Shown piece after piece: positions 8,458 to 17,298 of a stretch of 64,000 nt of DNA. Both the position numbers and the translations under genes were made by a program. The notes under the pieces were generated by a model. That model saw only the letters and a program-made list of their open reading frames with translations. It had not been told where the DNA came from and searched no databases. The stretch covers positions 230,600 through 294,599 of the IMG/VR virus record IMGVR_UViG_3300048854_000232, one strand, 5' to 3'. How positions within the stretch are numbered: the stretch's first letter is position 1; each line of letters begins with the position of its first letter. The stretch comes from a virus.

Positions 8458-8844
8458 ATGAAAATCATCACTGGTGAAGAACTCCTGACCTATCCGGCAG
8501 GGACCGTGTTTTACGTGTACGACCACTACACCTTCGAACGACTGGCCATCAAACGAAGCCCGCCCGAGGCCTTTGATAAGAACGGTTACAACGCGTTCAT
8601 GCTCCAGTACCTGGGTGACTACATCTCACTCGAAGGCAGCGATCACACGGGCGAGATGATCGAGCAGATCGACAAGGCCATCGAGACGGGCGGGGAACTG
8701 CGCGTGGACCGTGAAGTCACCGAGCGTTGGATCCTGGAAAAGATCGAGCTGCAAAAGTTCGCGGTGTTCGACAGCGCCGATACCCTCGCTCTGATCCAAG
8801 TGCTCCAGGCCACACTTCCGAAAGAGGTAGAGCATGTCCTCTGA
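8458..8844 (+). CDS. hypothetical phage protein
   Basis: N-terminus MKIITGEELLTYPAGTVF resembles the N-terminus of 9257-10195. Confidence 0.7.
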   Translation: MKIITGEELLTYPAGTVFYVYDHYTFERLAIKRSPPEAFDKNGYNAFMLQYLGDYISLEGSDHTGEMIEQIDKAIETGGELRVDREVTERWILEKIELQKFAVFDSADTLALIQVLQATLPKEVEHVL

Positions 8845-9247
8845 ACAACCCCAAGACTGGTGGGCCCTGAACCTACTGATGCTGCACAACCACAGTGGCT
8901 TTCGTAAGCTGGGCGATGCCCTGACCGAAGCCGATGCCAACCGACTCATGGGGGAGGACGACCTCCTCCTCGCTCGGGGCTCCATGGTCGATGAAGTGAC
9001 CCAGATCCTCGCGAGTGAGGATGCCCCGTTCAAAGTTTACCTCTTCGAAGCTGAAGGCGTGGATGAGGGCGAGTACTGCCAGCTATCCGGCCGGTGGCAG
9101 TTGACGGCGATCGGCGATACGAGCATGACCGAGAACCAGTTGGTGGCCCAACGGATGAAGCACCGCAAGTTTGAAGAGTCGGCCCTGGTCTGCCTCTACG
9201 ATGGCGAAACCGCTCGTCGCATCTTCAAGAAAATCACTACTCAGTAA
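8834..9247 (+). CDS. hypothetical protein
   Basis: 137 aa; GAGG RBS; overlaps the upstream gene. Confidence 0.7.
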   Translation: MSSEQPQDWWALNLLMLHNHSGFRKLGDALTEADANRLMGEDDLLLARGSMVDEVTQILASEDAPFKVYLFEAEGVDEGEYCQLSGRWQLTAIGDTSMTENQLVAQRMKHRKFEESALVCLYDGETARRIFKKITTQ

Positions 9248-9256
9248 GGATACCCC

Positions 9257-10195
9257 ATGCGCGTCGTTGACCGTGATACGTTCCTGACCTTGCCTCCGGG
9301 CACGTTCTACCAGAAGTTCTACTACACTCCCAAGGACACCCCGTACCGCGGTCAGCTGTTCGACGCGCTGCACATCAAGGGCGACACCCTGGTGACGGGC
9401 GAGCTGGAGGCAAGTACGTTCCAGACGTTCCCTTTCCCGGGGGTGAATTTCGAAGGGATCACCACCGCTAGCTACGAGGCGGTGCTGGAAGATCTGGCGA
9501 ACAATCGCAATGCCACGTATTCGCTGGTCTTCGGCGTCTGGTACGCCGATCATACTTACGATCAGCAGCCGCTTCGTAATGAGGACGGTCCGCTTTTTGC
9601 TGTGTGGGATCGCCAGGATGTCGTGCGCCTCGTCCTTCGTGCCACGGCGGCTCTGAAAGAAGGCTACGCGCTGGACATCAACGACAACCCGTTCGTCGAG
9701 CCGATCGAAGAGCCCAAGCCCGTCCACCCCCAGAAGGTCATCAACGAGCTGATCCTTCCGGAGGTACACTTCGACACCAGCGACCCGAGCTTGTCGGCTG
9801 TGGAACGCGCCAACGATCGCGCTCCCCTGCGGCGGTTGCAATGGCGCACCTGCGCACCGCACAACCTGATGTTCTGGTTCGTCTTCAACTACCTTCCGCC
9901 CGAGGACCTGACCACGATACATTTCGGCAACGAGATGTCGGGCAGTTTAGCGTTGGAGCTGATCGATCTCATCACCGGTGAGCGGGTGGCGCTCAGCGAT
10001 AAGCATGACTGGCGTGCCATGACGCAGGAGCTGGCGGCGTACTTCGACGGGCAGTTCGTCAAGCAGGGCTCCAAGCTACGTACCTCGTTCCTGGACGCCA
10101 AACCGTTCAGTACGGGAATCGAGCGGGTGTACTTCACCAGCCAGGCCTGGCGTGACGCCCTGGATGGCCGCAAGCCAAGCATCTACCTACGTTAA
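9257..10195 (+). CDS. two-domain hypothetical protein (8458-like N-terminus fused to a YLxGQ-family domain)
   Basis: MRVVDRDTFLTLPPGTFY N-terminus; C-half has LRRLQW...LAAYFDGQ. Confidence 0.7.
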   Translation: MRVVDRDTFLTLPPGTFYQKFYYTPKDTPYRGQLFDALHIKGDTLVTGELEASTFQTFPFPGVNFEGITTASYEAVLEDLANNRNATYSLVFGVWYADHTYDQQPLRNEDGPLFAVWDRQDVVRLVLRATAALKEGYALDINDNPFVEPIEEPKPVHPQKVINELILPEVHFDTSDPSLSAVERANDRAPLRRLQWRTCAPHNLMFWFVFNYLPPEDLTTIHFGNEMSGSLALELIDLITGERVALSDKHDWRAMTQELAAYFDGQFVKQGSKLRTSFLDAKPFSTGIERVYFTSQAWRDALDGRKPSIYLR

Positions 10196-10201
10196 GGACT
10201 C

Positions 10202-10444
10202 ATGATGGCCGACCTCACCGCACTACAGTACCTGATCCAGGTACACACCTACGGCGCAGGTCGGTTCTGGTCGGTGGAGAATCCGAAGAAGGCAGCCAGT
10301 AATTCGGAGCTCCGCCGCTGGATCGACCAGAAGAGCCTGTATATCAACGGCCGTCCGGTGACTTGCAATGAAGTCCTGGACTACGACTTCGACAGTGTGA
10401 TCTTGTTCCCTAAGAATGCTCGTCGTCGCGTCACGCTCGTCTAA
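10202..10444 (+). CDS. small S4-like RNA-binding domain protein
   Basis: SNSELRRWIDQKSLYINGRPV resembles the S4 motif SxSEARRxIxQGxVxING. Confidence 0.55.
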   Translation: MMADLTALQYLIQVHTYGAGRFWSVENPKKAASNSELRRWIDQKSLYINGRPVTCNEVLDYDFDSVILFPKNARRRVTLV

Positions 10445-10455
10445 AAGGTAACTCC

Positions 10456-11010
10456 ATGTCAAGCGACAATCTCGTTGAATCAGAACCATCCGCCTTGCGC
10501 CTGAAGCTGGCGGGTTTGAAGCCCCGTGCGATGGCCGCGTACTTACCACCCTCGCGTAAACCGGAGAGTGCCTCCCGACTGCATCTGGTTCCTTTGCGGG
10601 ATGGTTGGGAACCGGACGTCGAGATCCACTTTATCCGCGGTAAGCGCGGGGGTGTGCAGGAACGCGAGACCTTGCGGTACTCGCTTCATCGGCAACCGCA
10701 TGCGTTTTTCAGCACGCACAAACCCAACAGCGCCGGTCACTTCGAACGCAGCCCGGTACCGCGGGATGACGACGATAACATCGCTCCCGAAGCGAAGGTC
10801 TTTTTCCGCGACCAGATCAACCGCATGGTGACTCACCTGCGGGGCCAACTTTACGCGATGGACCCTACCATCAAGCTGATGCACGTGGCGCTGTGGACCG
10901 TCGCTTATGGCACCGGCTTGCGCACACCGCAACTGCAGAACACCTGGGCGTCGGATTTCGAATCCGGTCTACGTGGGGACGAGCAGTGTGGGCTCTTCTA
11001 CAACAACTAA
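10456..11010 (+). CDS. hypothetical protein, YLxGQ paralog family
   Basis: contains MVTHLRGQLYA. Confidence 0.65.
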   Translation: MSSDNLVESEPSALRLKLAGLKPRAMAAYLPPSRKPESASRLHLVPLRDGWEPDVEIHFIRGKRGGVQERETLRYSLHRQPHAFFSTHKPNSAGHFERSPVPRDDDDNIAPEAKVFFRDQINRMVTHLRGQLYAMDPTIKLMHVALWTVAYGTGLRTPQLQNTWASDFESGLRGDEQCGLFYNN

Positions 11011-11031
11011 CTTTCCGCCCGGGAATCCAAC

Positions 11032-11376
11032 ATGTCCATTGAAGTACGCATTCAAGTTGAACCGCAGTTGCTTGCCGCCCTGAAAGAGAAGCCTGTCCAC
11101 CTGGTCGACGTGATCGAGCAGGCTATCGAACGGACGGTGGGACGGGAGAACATGAACCCGTGTCTCATCCGTTGCGAACCGTTCGGTGTCGACATGCTGG
11201 GGTCAGACAAAGAAGAACTCACTGATCTCGTCGCGACGAAGACGTGGTTCGATCGGATGGGCATCGACTACGACATCCGCCCAACAGCAACAGGCGGGTG
11301 CGACTTGTTGGCTCTCATGCATACCTTCACCTTCGATAGTGCAGGTAAGCTGATCGAAAAGTGCTTTACAGACTAA
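11032..11376 (+). CDS. hypothetical protein (paralog of 11395-11763)
   Basis: MSIEVRIQVEPQL...FTFDSAGKLI. Confidence 0.7.
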   Translation: MSIEVRIQVEPQLLAALKEKPVHLVDVIEQAIERTVGRENMNPCLIRCEPFGVDMLGSDKEELTDLVATKTWFDRMGIDYDIRPTATGGCDLLALMHTFTFDSAGKLIEKCFTD

Positions 11377-11394
11377 TAACAAAGGAACGCGCAC

Positions 11395-11763
11395 GTGACC
11401 ATTGAAGTACTTATCACCGTCGATCCTCAGTTGCAGGACAGTCTGCTGGATCGGCAAATCTCTCTCACCAGTGAAGCCTACAAGGCCTTCGAAAAGGTTT
11501 TGGCCCCGGAGGAACTGGCGCCCATCCATCTTGGCTGTGAAGCCACGTTGGACGGGAAGATTGAGAAGCCCACCGAAGAGTCCATGATCCGTCAGGCCAT
11601 GACTCGCATCGGGCAGGTCAATACCGGACAACCGTGGTGGCCGGATTTGTACAGCTTCGCACCCGGGGCGACCTCGTCGCTGGAAGTCTCGATCAGTGGC
11701 CTGGCGTCGACGTTCTTCTTCGACGCCAACGGTAAGCTCCTTCACCTCAACCAGGATTACTGA
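11395..11763 (+). CDS. hypothetical protein (paralog of 11032-11376)
   Basis: MTIEVLITVDPQL...FFFDANGKLL. Confidence 0.7.
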   Translation: MTIEVLITVDPQLQDSLLDRQISLTSEAYKAFEKVLAPEELAPIHLGCEATLDGKIEKPTEESMIRQAMTRIGQVNTGQPWWPDLYSFAPGATSSLEVSISGLASTFFFDANGKLLHLNQDY

Positions 11764-11765
11764 CC

Positions 11766-12062
11766 ATGACCATCGTCATCAACATCGTTTCCGACCAGCC
11801 GCGCGAAGGTAAGACCTCCGTGGCCGCCGTGATCGCTCGTGCCCTCAAGCAGTCCTTCCCGGATAACGAGATCGTCGTGGATTGTCAGGACGGTGACTTC
11901 GACAAGAAGTACAGCATGCGCGACATGGACATGAAGATCTTCAGTCCTATCCATATCAACGACAACAACGGCCACGGCGGTGCGGCGGAGCACAAGGTCG
12001 TCCGCACCCGCGTCAACGAGCAGTTCCCCGCGTTGGAGCAGGTCGATGAATCGGTGGGTTGA
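11766..12062 (+). CDS. small protein with a P-loop-like motif
   Basis: IVSDQPREGKTSVAAVIARAL; only 98 aa. Confidence 0.55.
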   Translation: MTIVINIVSDQPREGKTSVAAVIARALKQSFPDNEIVVDCQDGDFDKKYSMRDMDMKIFSPIHINDNNGHGGAAEHKVVRTRVNEQFPALEQVDESVG

Positions 12063-12723
12063 TCAGACCCAGCTCTACCAGGATTCACCCCGGCAGTACG
12101 GGAACTGCGTCCAGGCCTCGGTCGCCTCACTATTGTTCCTGCCACTGGAGGCTGTCCCGGCCTTCCACGAAGCCAATGGCAATGCGGGGATGTTCTGGGA
12201 GAGCCTCACTCGCTTTCTGAACAGCCAAGGTTACGAACTGCAGTCGAAGTATCCCAGTCACGGCCAACGTCCCGCTCATCCCGATGGCCTGCACTTGGTC
12301 TCAGGACCCACCGAGCGATCAGCGTCAGGCTCCGGCGATCACATGGTCATCTACCGGGGTAAGGAGCTGGTCTTTGATCCGCATCCCTCACATGCGGGCT
12401 TGACCGACGTGTCGGCCGTGTATTTGCTACTCCCCTTAGATCCGGCGGAGTTCAAGCGCGAACGGATCCTGGCCAGTGAAGATAAGGAACCCGGTGTGGA
12501 CTGGCCGATCCATGAGACCTATCCCAAAGTCCGACTCCTGGTAGGTCCGGGCTATGCGGGAGTATACGAGATCATCCGGTACCCACGCTTTGGAGTAAAA
12601 GAGCATTGGAACCCTGATGGCTGGTCGCTTAGCAGCACTACGCCGCTGGATCGTGAAAGCGCCAACGAAATCTGCGAGACCCTGTGCTTGCAGCTGGGCC
12701 AGTCCACGCTGATGGATCTGTAA
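12046..12723 (+). CDS. putative papain/C39-like cysteine peptidase-fold protein
   Basis: Q...GNCVQASVASLL, HMVIY, FDPHPS give a candidate Cys-His-Asp triad. Confidence 0.5.
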   Translation: MNRWVDQTQLYQDSPRQYGNCVQASVASLLFLPLEAVPAFHEANGNAGMFWESLTRFLNSQGYELQSKYPSHGQRPAHPDGLHLVSGPTERSASGSGDHMVIYRGKELVFDPHPSHAGLTDVSAVYLLLPLDPAEFKRERILASEDKEPGVDWPIHETYPKVRLLVGPGYAGVYEIIRYPRFGVKEHWNPDGWSLSSTTPLDRESANEICETLCLQLGQSTLMDL

Positions 12724-12794
12724 CCCGCAGCACCCCTCGTTCTAAGGCGGACGAGGGTATTCATCCTGTACGTTCGACATCAAGGAATACAAAG

Positions 12795-13202
12795 ATGACC
12801 ACCGAAAACCAGGCGCTGATCGATGCGTTTGAGCTGCCCACGATCACCGTGAACGAGGGCGCCCCCGCCATGGGTCTGCGCCGCTTGGCACACGATGCGG
12901 AAAACCCGCAGCTCGTCGCTCAGTTCAGCGATGGTAGTACTCTGCCCTTTGAGGTGTTTACCGTCGATGACGATACACGCTTCGAAGTCGCAGACAACCC
13001 GTACGCCCTGTCCCAGATCCAGATCTCCTGCGCCGGCTATTTCAAAGGCCAGGCGCTGAAGGCGGGCCTGGACATTACCGTCAACCAGGTTGACCACACC
13101 TACCAGGTCGAAGGCAACTGGATCACCGCCGCCGCGGTCACCAGCTACTCCTACCTGGAGCGCGGCTACCACGGTGAAGCGGCCGAGATCCCCTACGCGT
13201 AA
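12795..13202 (+). CDS. hypothetical protein, YLxGQ paralog family
   Basis: LRRLAH...CAGYFKGQ; AAGGA RBS. Confidence 0.65.
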   Translation: MTTENQALIDAFELPTITVNEGAPAMGLRRLAHDAENPQLVAQFSDGSTLPFEVFTVDDDTRFEVADNPYALSQIQISCAGYFKGQALKAGLDITVNQVDHTYQVEGNWITAAAVTSYSYLERGYHGEAAEIPYA

Positions 13203-13203
13203 C

Positions 13204-13240
13204 ACGGCATACCGCCCCTCCCCGTTTGGGGAGGGGTTAA
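13204..13240 (+). terminator. hairpin terminator with ACGGCATA leader
   Basis: ACGGCATA..CCCCTCCCC-GTTT-GGGGAGGGG. Confidence 0.6.
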
Positions 13241-13270
13241 GCGGCGAGGTTTCTTTTTGCATTCGACCGG

Positions 13271-13298
13271 GTTTCAAACCTACAACATCCAGGGGTAA
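13271..13298 (+). promoter_or_regulatory. putative promoter, variant of the early motif
   Basis: GTTTCAAACCTACAACATCCAGGGGTAA; similar to 34373 and to the ACATTAC motif. Confidence 0.45.
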
Positions 13299-13327
13299 GA
13301 CCCACCACGACAACAACTGGATGTGAC

Positions 13328-13624
13328 ATGGCAAACGACTTCAGCAAAGAGCTGCCGACCCATCGGCAGGTCAAGAGCGCGATCGAACAGATCCTGCTGC
13401 CCAACAGCGAGTTCCTGACCAAACACCTGGACCCGTTCGACTACGACGATCTGGAGATCACCTCCACCAAGCAGTACCTGATCGTCAAGGCGTACGCACA
13501 GGGTACGTTGGCCGCGGAGCTGGTCCTGACGCGAAAGAAGCGCGAAGGATTCACGTTGACGGTCAAGGCCTACCAGAAGGTCCGTGTGACCAAGACCCCC
13601 ATGAAGACAGGTGCCGCTAAATGA
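13328..13624 (+). CDS. hypothetical protein, first gene of the Ntn-hydrolase operon
   Basis: 98 aa; stop overlaps the next ATG (ATGA). Confidence 0.7.
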   Translation: MANDFSKELPTHRQVKSAIEQILLPNSEFLTKHLDPFDYDDLEITSTKQYLIVKAYAQGTLAAELVLTRKKREGFTLTVKAYQKVRVTKTPMKTGAAK

Positions 13625-14385
13625 CAACGATCACATGGGATGGTACAATACTCGCCGCCGACAGCCGAGGGGCAATCAATGGCACGGATCTCGTCTCAGA
13701 CAACCGTTTTAAGATCCGCACGCTCAAGCAGCCGATGTATCTGGCTAACATTGAGCGGGACGCCCCGGAAGCAGATAAGAAGGTCCTGATCACGCACATC
13801 GCCGGTGCGGGAGCAGGTGGGGCGATCAAAGCCGCGATCGAAGCGATGGAAGCTGCACCGCTGAGCTTTTTGGACTTCCATCGTAAGTTGAAGTCCTCCA
13901 CCCTGCAAGATCCTCGCCGTAGCTTTACCCTGCTGTTGATTGCTGAAGGGCGCGCATTCACGTTCCGAGCAGGCGAGTCGCACTTCCGCGAATCGCGTAC
14001 CAGCTTAGAGCGCGACCTGCCCTTGCGCGTGTCGATCGGCAGTGGCTCGGATGTTGCCCAGTGGTTGATGCGCTCCTTCGATGTTCCGCCGCACTTGGCG
14101 GTGGCCGGCGCGTCTTTGACCGACCCGCATACCGGCGGCGTGATCCACGTTCGTAAGTTCAAGAAGGGTGCAGTCGTTCGCGAAGAAGAGATCTACTACG
14201 GCGACATGAACAAGCTACGGCGGGAGCTGCAACGCTGGATCGCTAAACACCCGGTGGCCAAAGAAGTTCAACTGGCCTCGCAGTACCATCACAAGCGGGA
14301 AGACCGCGACAGCCGCCTGTTCCGATTCTGGTTCGAGAAGCCGACCCCCAAGACCGACGACAAGCCCACGGAGACCAAAGCATGA
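13621..14385 (+). CDS. proteasome beta-subunit/HslV-like Ntn hydrolase
   Basis: M-TTITWDGTILAADSR (Thr1 nucleophile), FKI lysine, SIGSGS, DPHTGG. Confidence 0.75.
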   Translation: MTTITWDGTILAADSRGAINGTDLVSDNRFKIRTLKQPMYLANIERDAPEADKKVLITHIAGAGAGGAIKAAIEAMEAAPLSFLDFHRKLKSSTLQDPRRSFTLLLIAEGRAFTFRAGESHFRESRTSLERDLPLRVSIGSGSDVAQWLMRSFDVPPHLAVAGASLTDPHTGGVIHVRKFKKGAVVREEEIYYGDMNKLRRELQRWIAKHPVAKEVQLASQYHHKREDRDSRLFRFWFEKPTPKTDDKPTETKA

Positions 14386-15191
14386 CGACGTTGATGTGGC
14401 ACACGAACGCGGTCTACGCCGACACCCGGATGGTCAAGGGCGATGAGGTCTTCTCCTCCATGACCAAGATCCACGGCCTGAAGAAGCCGATCGACTTTAT
14501 CAGCGAAAAGCGCGAGATCACTGATCGGATCTTCGGCTGGTACTGCTCCGGTGCGGTGATCTGCGGTCAGGCGCTGTTCGAGTACCTTGAGAACGGCAGT
14601 CCCAACGTGGACCTGGCCCTCCAGGCGCTGATCATGGCCGAACGCTTTAACCTCGCCAATTACGACAACTTCTTCGAGCTCATCCTGATCGGTGAGAAGG
14701 CGAACTACTCAGTGGGTTGGCAGCCCGGCGGGCATCGACTGGAGGTCTACGAACACGACCGACCCTTCGTGTTGGGTAGCGGGAAGAACATCCTCCTGGA
14801 CTTGTTGGAGACCACGCCTGACATCCATCCGCTGCGGGCGATGTACGCGACGTTCTATCGGGATCGCATGTCCGGTGGGATGGTCGAGGTCTGGCACCTG
14901 GAACCCAAGAGCGAGCATAGTGACACCCGGTTCTATCGCCTGGGTATCGGCGAAGAACGGACCGACGAAGAGATCGCTCCGTTGTTGCTGGATCTGACGG
15001 CGCCGATGCCACTGGACTTTATCAAGCCCACCGACCGGATGCGGGCGGTGCTGGAGTTCCTCGAAAAGAAGGACGCTGAAAAAGAAGCGGAAGAGAAAAG
15101 TAAAGCGCAAGCGAAGAAGGCACGCAAAGCCGTTCGCCACAAAGTCACCACCGTGATCACTCCGAAGAAGAGGAAGAAGAAACATGAGTAA
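14382..15191 (+). CDS. second proteasome beta-subunit/HslV-like Ntn hydrolase
   Basis: M-TTLMWHTNAVYADTR, TKI, VLGSGK, DRMSGG; basic C-terminal tail. Confidence 0.7.
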   Translation: MTTLMWHTNAVYADTRMVKGDEVFSSMTKIHGLKKPIDFISEKREITDRIFGWYCSGAVICGQALFEYLENGSPNVDLALQALIMAERFNLANYDNFFELILIGEKANYSVGWQPGGHRLEVYEHDRPFVLGSGKNILLDLLETTPDIHPLRAMYATFYRDRMSGGMVEVWHLEPKSEHSDTRFYRLGIGEERTDEEIAPLLLDLTAPMPLDFIKPTDRMRAVLEFLEKKDAEKEAEEKSKAQAKKARKAVRHKVTTVITPKKRKKKHE

Positions 15192-15546
15192 GCCCAACAG
15201 CTTCATCGCGCATCTGACCAAGCTCGTCGATGAAGGCAACAACCGCAAGCTGGTCGGTCAAGCCATCGGCGTCGATGCGCTCTCGGCCGTGATCAACGGT
15301 GAGCGCCCGCTCTCGGCCGACCAGGCGGTGAAGATCGCCGGCATCCTGGGCACCACGGCCAAGAAGCTACTGAACAAGCAGACCGAAAGCCAGCTCCAGG
15401 AACTGGAGGGCATGGAGACCAAGCCGGACAAGCGCACGGTCAAGGTGACCACCACCGGCGGTGAGGCCTCCAAGAGCCCGATGGGTCCGCGCCCGGTCTA
15501 CTCCGGTCGACGCCTGCTCGGCTTCAGCACCCCGACCCGCAAGTAA
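15184..15546 (+). CDS. XRE/HigA-like HTH protein
   Basis: GQAIGVDALSAVINGERPLSADQAVKIAGILGTTA. Confidence 0.7.
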   Translation: MSKPNSFIAHLTKLVDEGNNRKLVGQAIGVDALSAVINGERPLSADQAVKIAGILGTTAKKLLNKQTESQLQELEGMETKPDKRTVKVTTTGGEASKSPMGPRPVYSGRRLLGFSTPTRK

Positions 15547-15554
15547 GTCCACGC

Positions 15555-15590
15555 CAGCTAGACCCGTCGCGGGGTCTAGCTGCTTATTCA
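15555..15590 (+). terminator. hairpin terminator
   Basis: CAGCTAGACCC-GTCGCG-GGGTCTAGCTG. Confidence 0.6.
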
Positions 15591-15608
15591 CCCAACGAGA
15601 CCAGACTC

Positions 15609-16127
15609 ATGGGCTTTGAAATCCGCCGGATCAAACCCGGTTTTGAACATCCCAAAACGGGTGACGGTCAGTTCCTTTCCCTGTTTCCCTCAGGAAAGAG
15701 TGAGTTCGAGTTTCGCGAGCAAGAGGCATGGAGTCGCGGCTGGGCTTGGAACTACGAAGCGTTGCATCGCCTGGATAATCCCAAGCCGGGTTGGCGGCCT
15801 CTTAACGAGCGTGAGAGGGCCACAACCTACGCCATAGATAACGATCCGCCGGTGTCGCCCTATTTCTGTATGCCGATGTGGTCACCCCAAGAAGCCACGC
15901 ACTTCGCCTGGTATGAAACGGTGTCCGAGGGTTCCCCGGTCTCTCCGGTCTTCGCCACGACAGAAGAGATGGCGCGCTACACCCATGCTCATGCGAATCC
16001 CACCCGCCATGTGAGTCGGCAGCAGACGCTCGAGGAAGAAATCAAGCAGGCCAATAATCCGCGCAATTACGCGATCGACTACTGGGCCTGGCTGCAAGTA
16101 CCTATTCCGGAGGTGTCGCGTGGGTAA
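15609..16127 (+). CDS. conserved hypothetical phage protein
   Basis: MGFEIRRI...EHP and YETVSEGSPVSPVFAT, a pattern recalled from phage hypotheticals. Confidence 0.7.
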   Translation: MGFEIRRIKPGFEHPKTGDGQFLSLFPSGKSEFEFREQEAWSRGWAWNYEALHRLDNPKPGWRPLNERERATTYAIDNDPPVSPYFCMPMWSPQEATHFAWYETVSEGSPVSPVFATTEEMARYTHAHANPTRHVSRQQTLEEEIKQANNPRNYAIDYWAWLQVPIPEVSRG

Positions 16128-16539
16128 GCCCAAGTTCGTCTTTCATCGCGAGTTCAGCTGGGCTGCCACACCTCTACCAAACACCCAGGTCATTCGCCCA
16201 CGCCGATCCTTGGCAGCTAACCTCGACTACATGTGCGGTTTGAATGCGGCCAAGACGTTCATGGCCATGACCGGTTACCCGGATGATGAATCCTTCGCCA
16301 AAGCGGCGCCCAACGTTAAGGCCGTACTGACCTATATCCAATACAACACCATTCACCGGTGTGACTTACGCCCCGGGGTTGACATCAATCGATTCCTGCT
16401 GCTCTTGGCGGACGGGTTTGGGCATCGCCTGAAATTGGGCATGTTCGCGCCGGAGTTCCCGATCAGTACCATCGCCTACGTGGACCATGGCGTGTCCGAA
16501 TGGCTGAAGGTAAACCGCAATCCTCCCTTGTCTTCGTAA
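16120..16539 (+). CDS. hypothetical protein
   Basis: GGAGG RBS with GTG start. Confidence 0.65.
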   Translation: MGKPKFVFHREFSWAATPLPNTQVIRPRRSLAANLDYMCGLNAAKTFMAMTGYPDDESFAKAAPNVKAVLTYIQYNTIHRCDLRPGVDINRFLLLLADGFGHRLKLGMFAPEFPISTIAYVDHGVSEWLKVNRNPPLSS

Positions 16540-16553
16540 AGGAAACGTGTTAC

Positions 16554-16940
16554 ATGGCCATCCGTCATTGCGGCAGTGCAGGCAACCTCAAGTTGGATGA
16601 GGTTGTGCGGATCAATCATCGCGACATGAAAGTGATACTCCACCGAGCGTCCAGTCGCACCAGTATGTTCCGGGTGTTCCTGGCCAAACCCGCCACGCCG
16701 CCGGCTACGGCGTTGAGCTGGCTGCATGTGAGCGAACGCGTGCATGGCACTGGTTGGACGTTGACGGCATCCAGCATGCCCGAGGCGATGCGACAAGTGA
16801 TCCGGGACTTCCTGGCTCATCGAAACGATCACGACACCTACTACATCGAGGAAGCGGACGCCGGCAAGCTGGTGGCCCGTCTACGCGCAACCCAAGACCG
16901 TGCTGCCAAGCAGGCAGCCCTTACCAAGGAACTGGCATGA
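16554..16940 (+). CDS. hypothetical protein
   Basis: AAGGA RBS, ATG at 16554. Confidence 0.6.
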   Translation: MAIRHCGSAGNLKLDEVVRINHRDMKVILHRASSRTSMFRVFLAKPATPPATALSWLHVSERVHGTGWTLTASSMPEAMRQVIRDFLAHRNDHDTYYIEEADAGKLVARLRATQDRAAKQAALTKELA

Positions 16941-17287
16941 ACAACGAACGCAATACCGACGACGAAGAACAGGCCCTGAAGATCCAGCGCATGGTCCGCG
17001 CCAATACCGCCGTAGGGGCACAGGGACGCTTTCGTACCCTGTTTACCGCCGAGCAGGCCGCGGAAGCCATTGCTGCACGGGAAGCGGGGAACCTGGACAA
17101 CGAACAGCTCAAGCGCATCGGCAAGTTGTCGAACTACCCCAATCGGGACATCCTGTACATCCACCAGATGACCCACTCGACGCCGGTACGTGATGCCCCG
17201 ACACGCACCACGCTTTTCAAGACCGGTGGTCACGACAGGTTGACCAAGGTCTGTCGCGATGCGGTCCGCCAGATCAACAAGCCGTAA
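16937..17287 (+). CDS. hypothetical protein
   Basis: ATGA overlap with the upstream gene; AAGGA RBS. Confidence 0.65.
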   Translation: MNNERNTDDEEQALKIQRMVRANTAVGAQGRFRTLFTAEQAAEAIAAREAGNLDNEQLKRIGKLSNYPNRDILYIHQMTHSTPVRDAPTRTTLFKTGGHDRLTKVCRDAVRQINKP

Positions 17288-17298
17288 GGGGACAGGTC

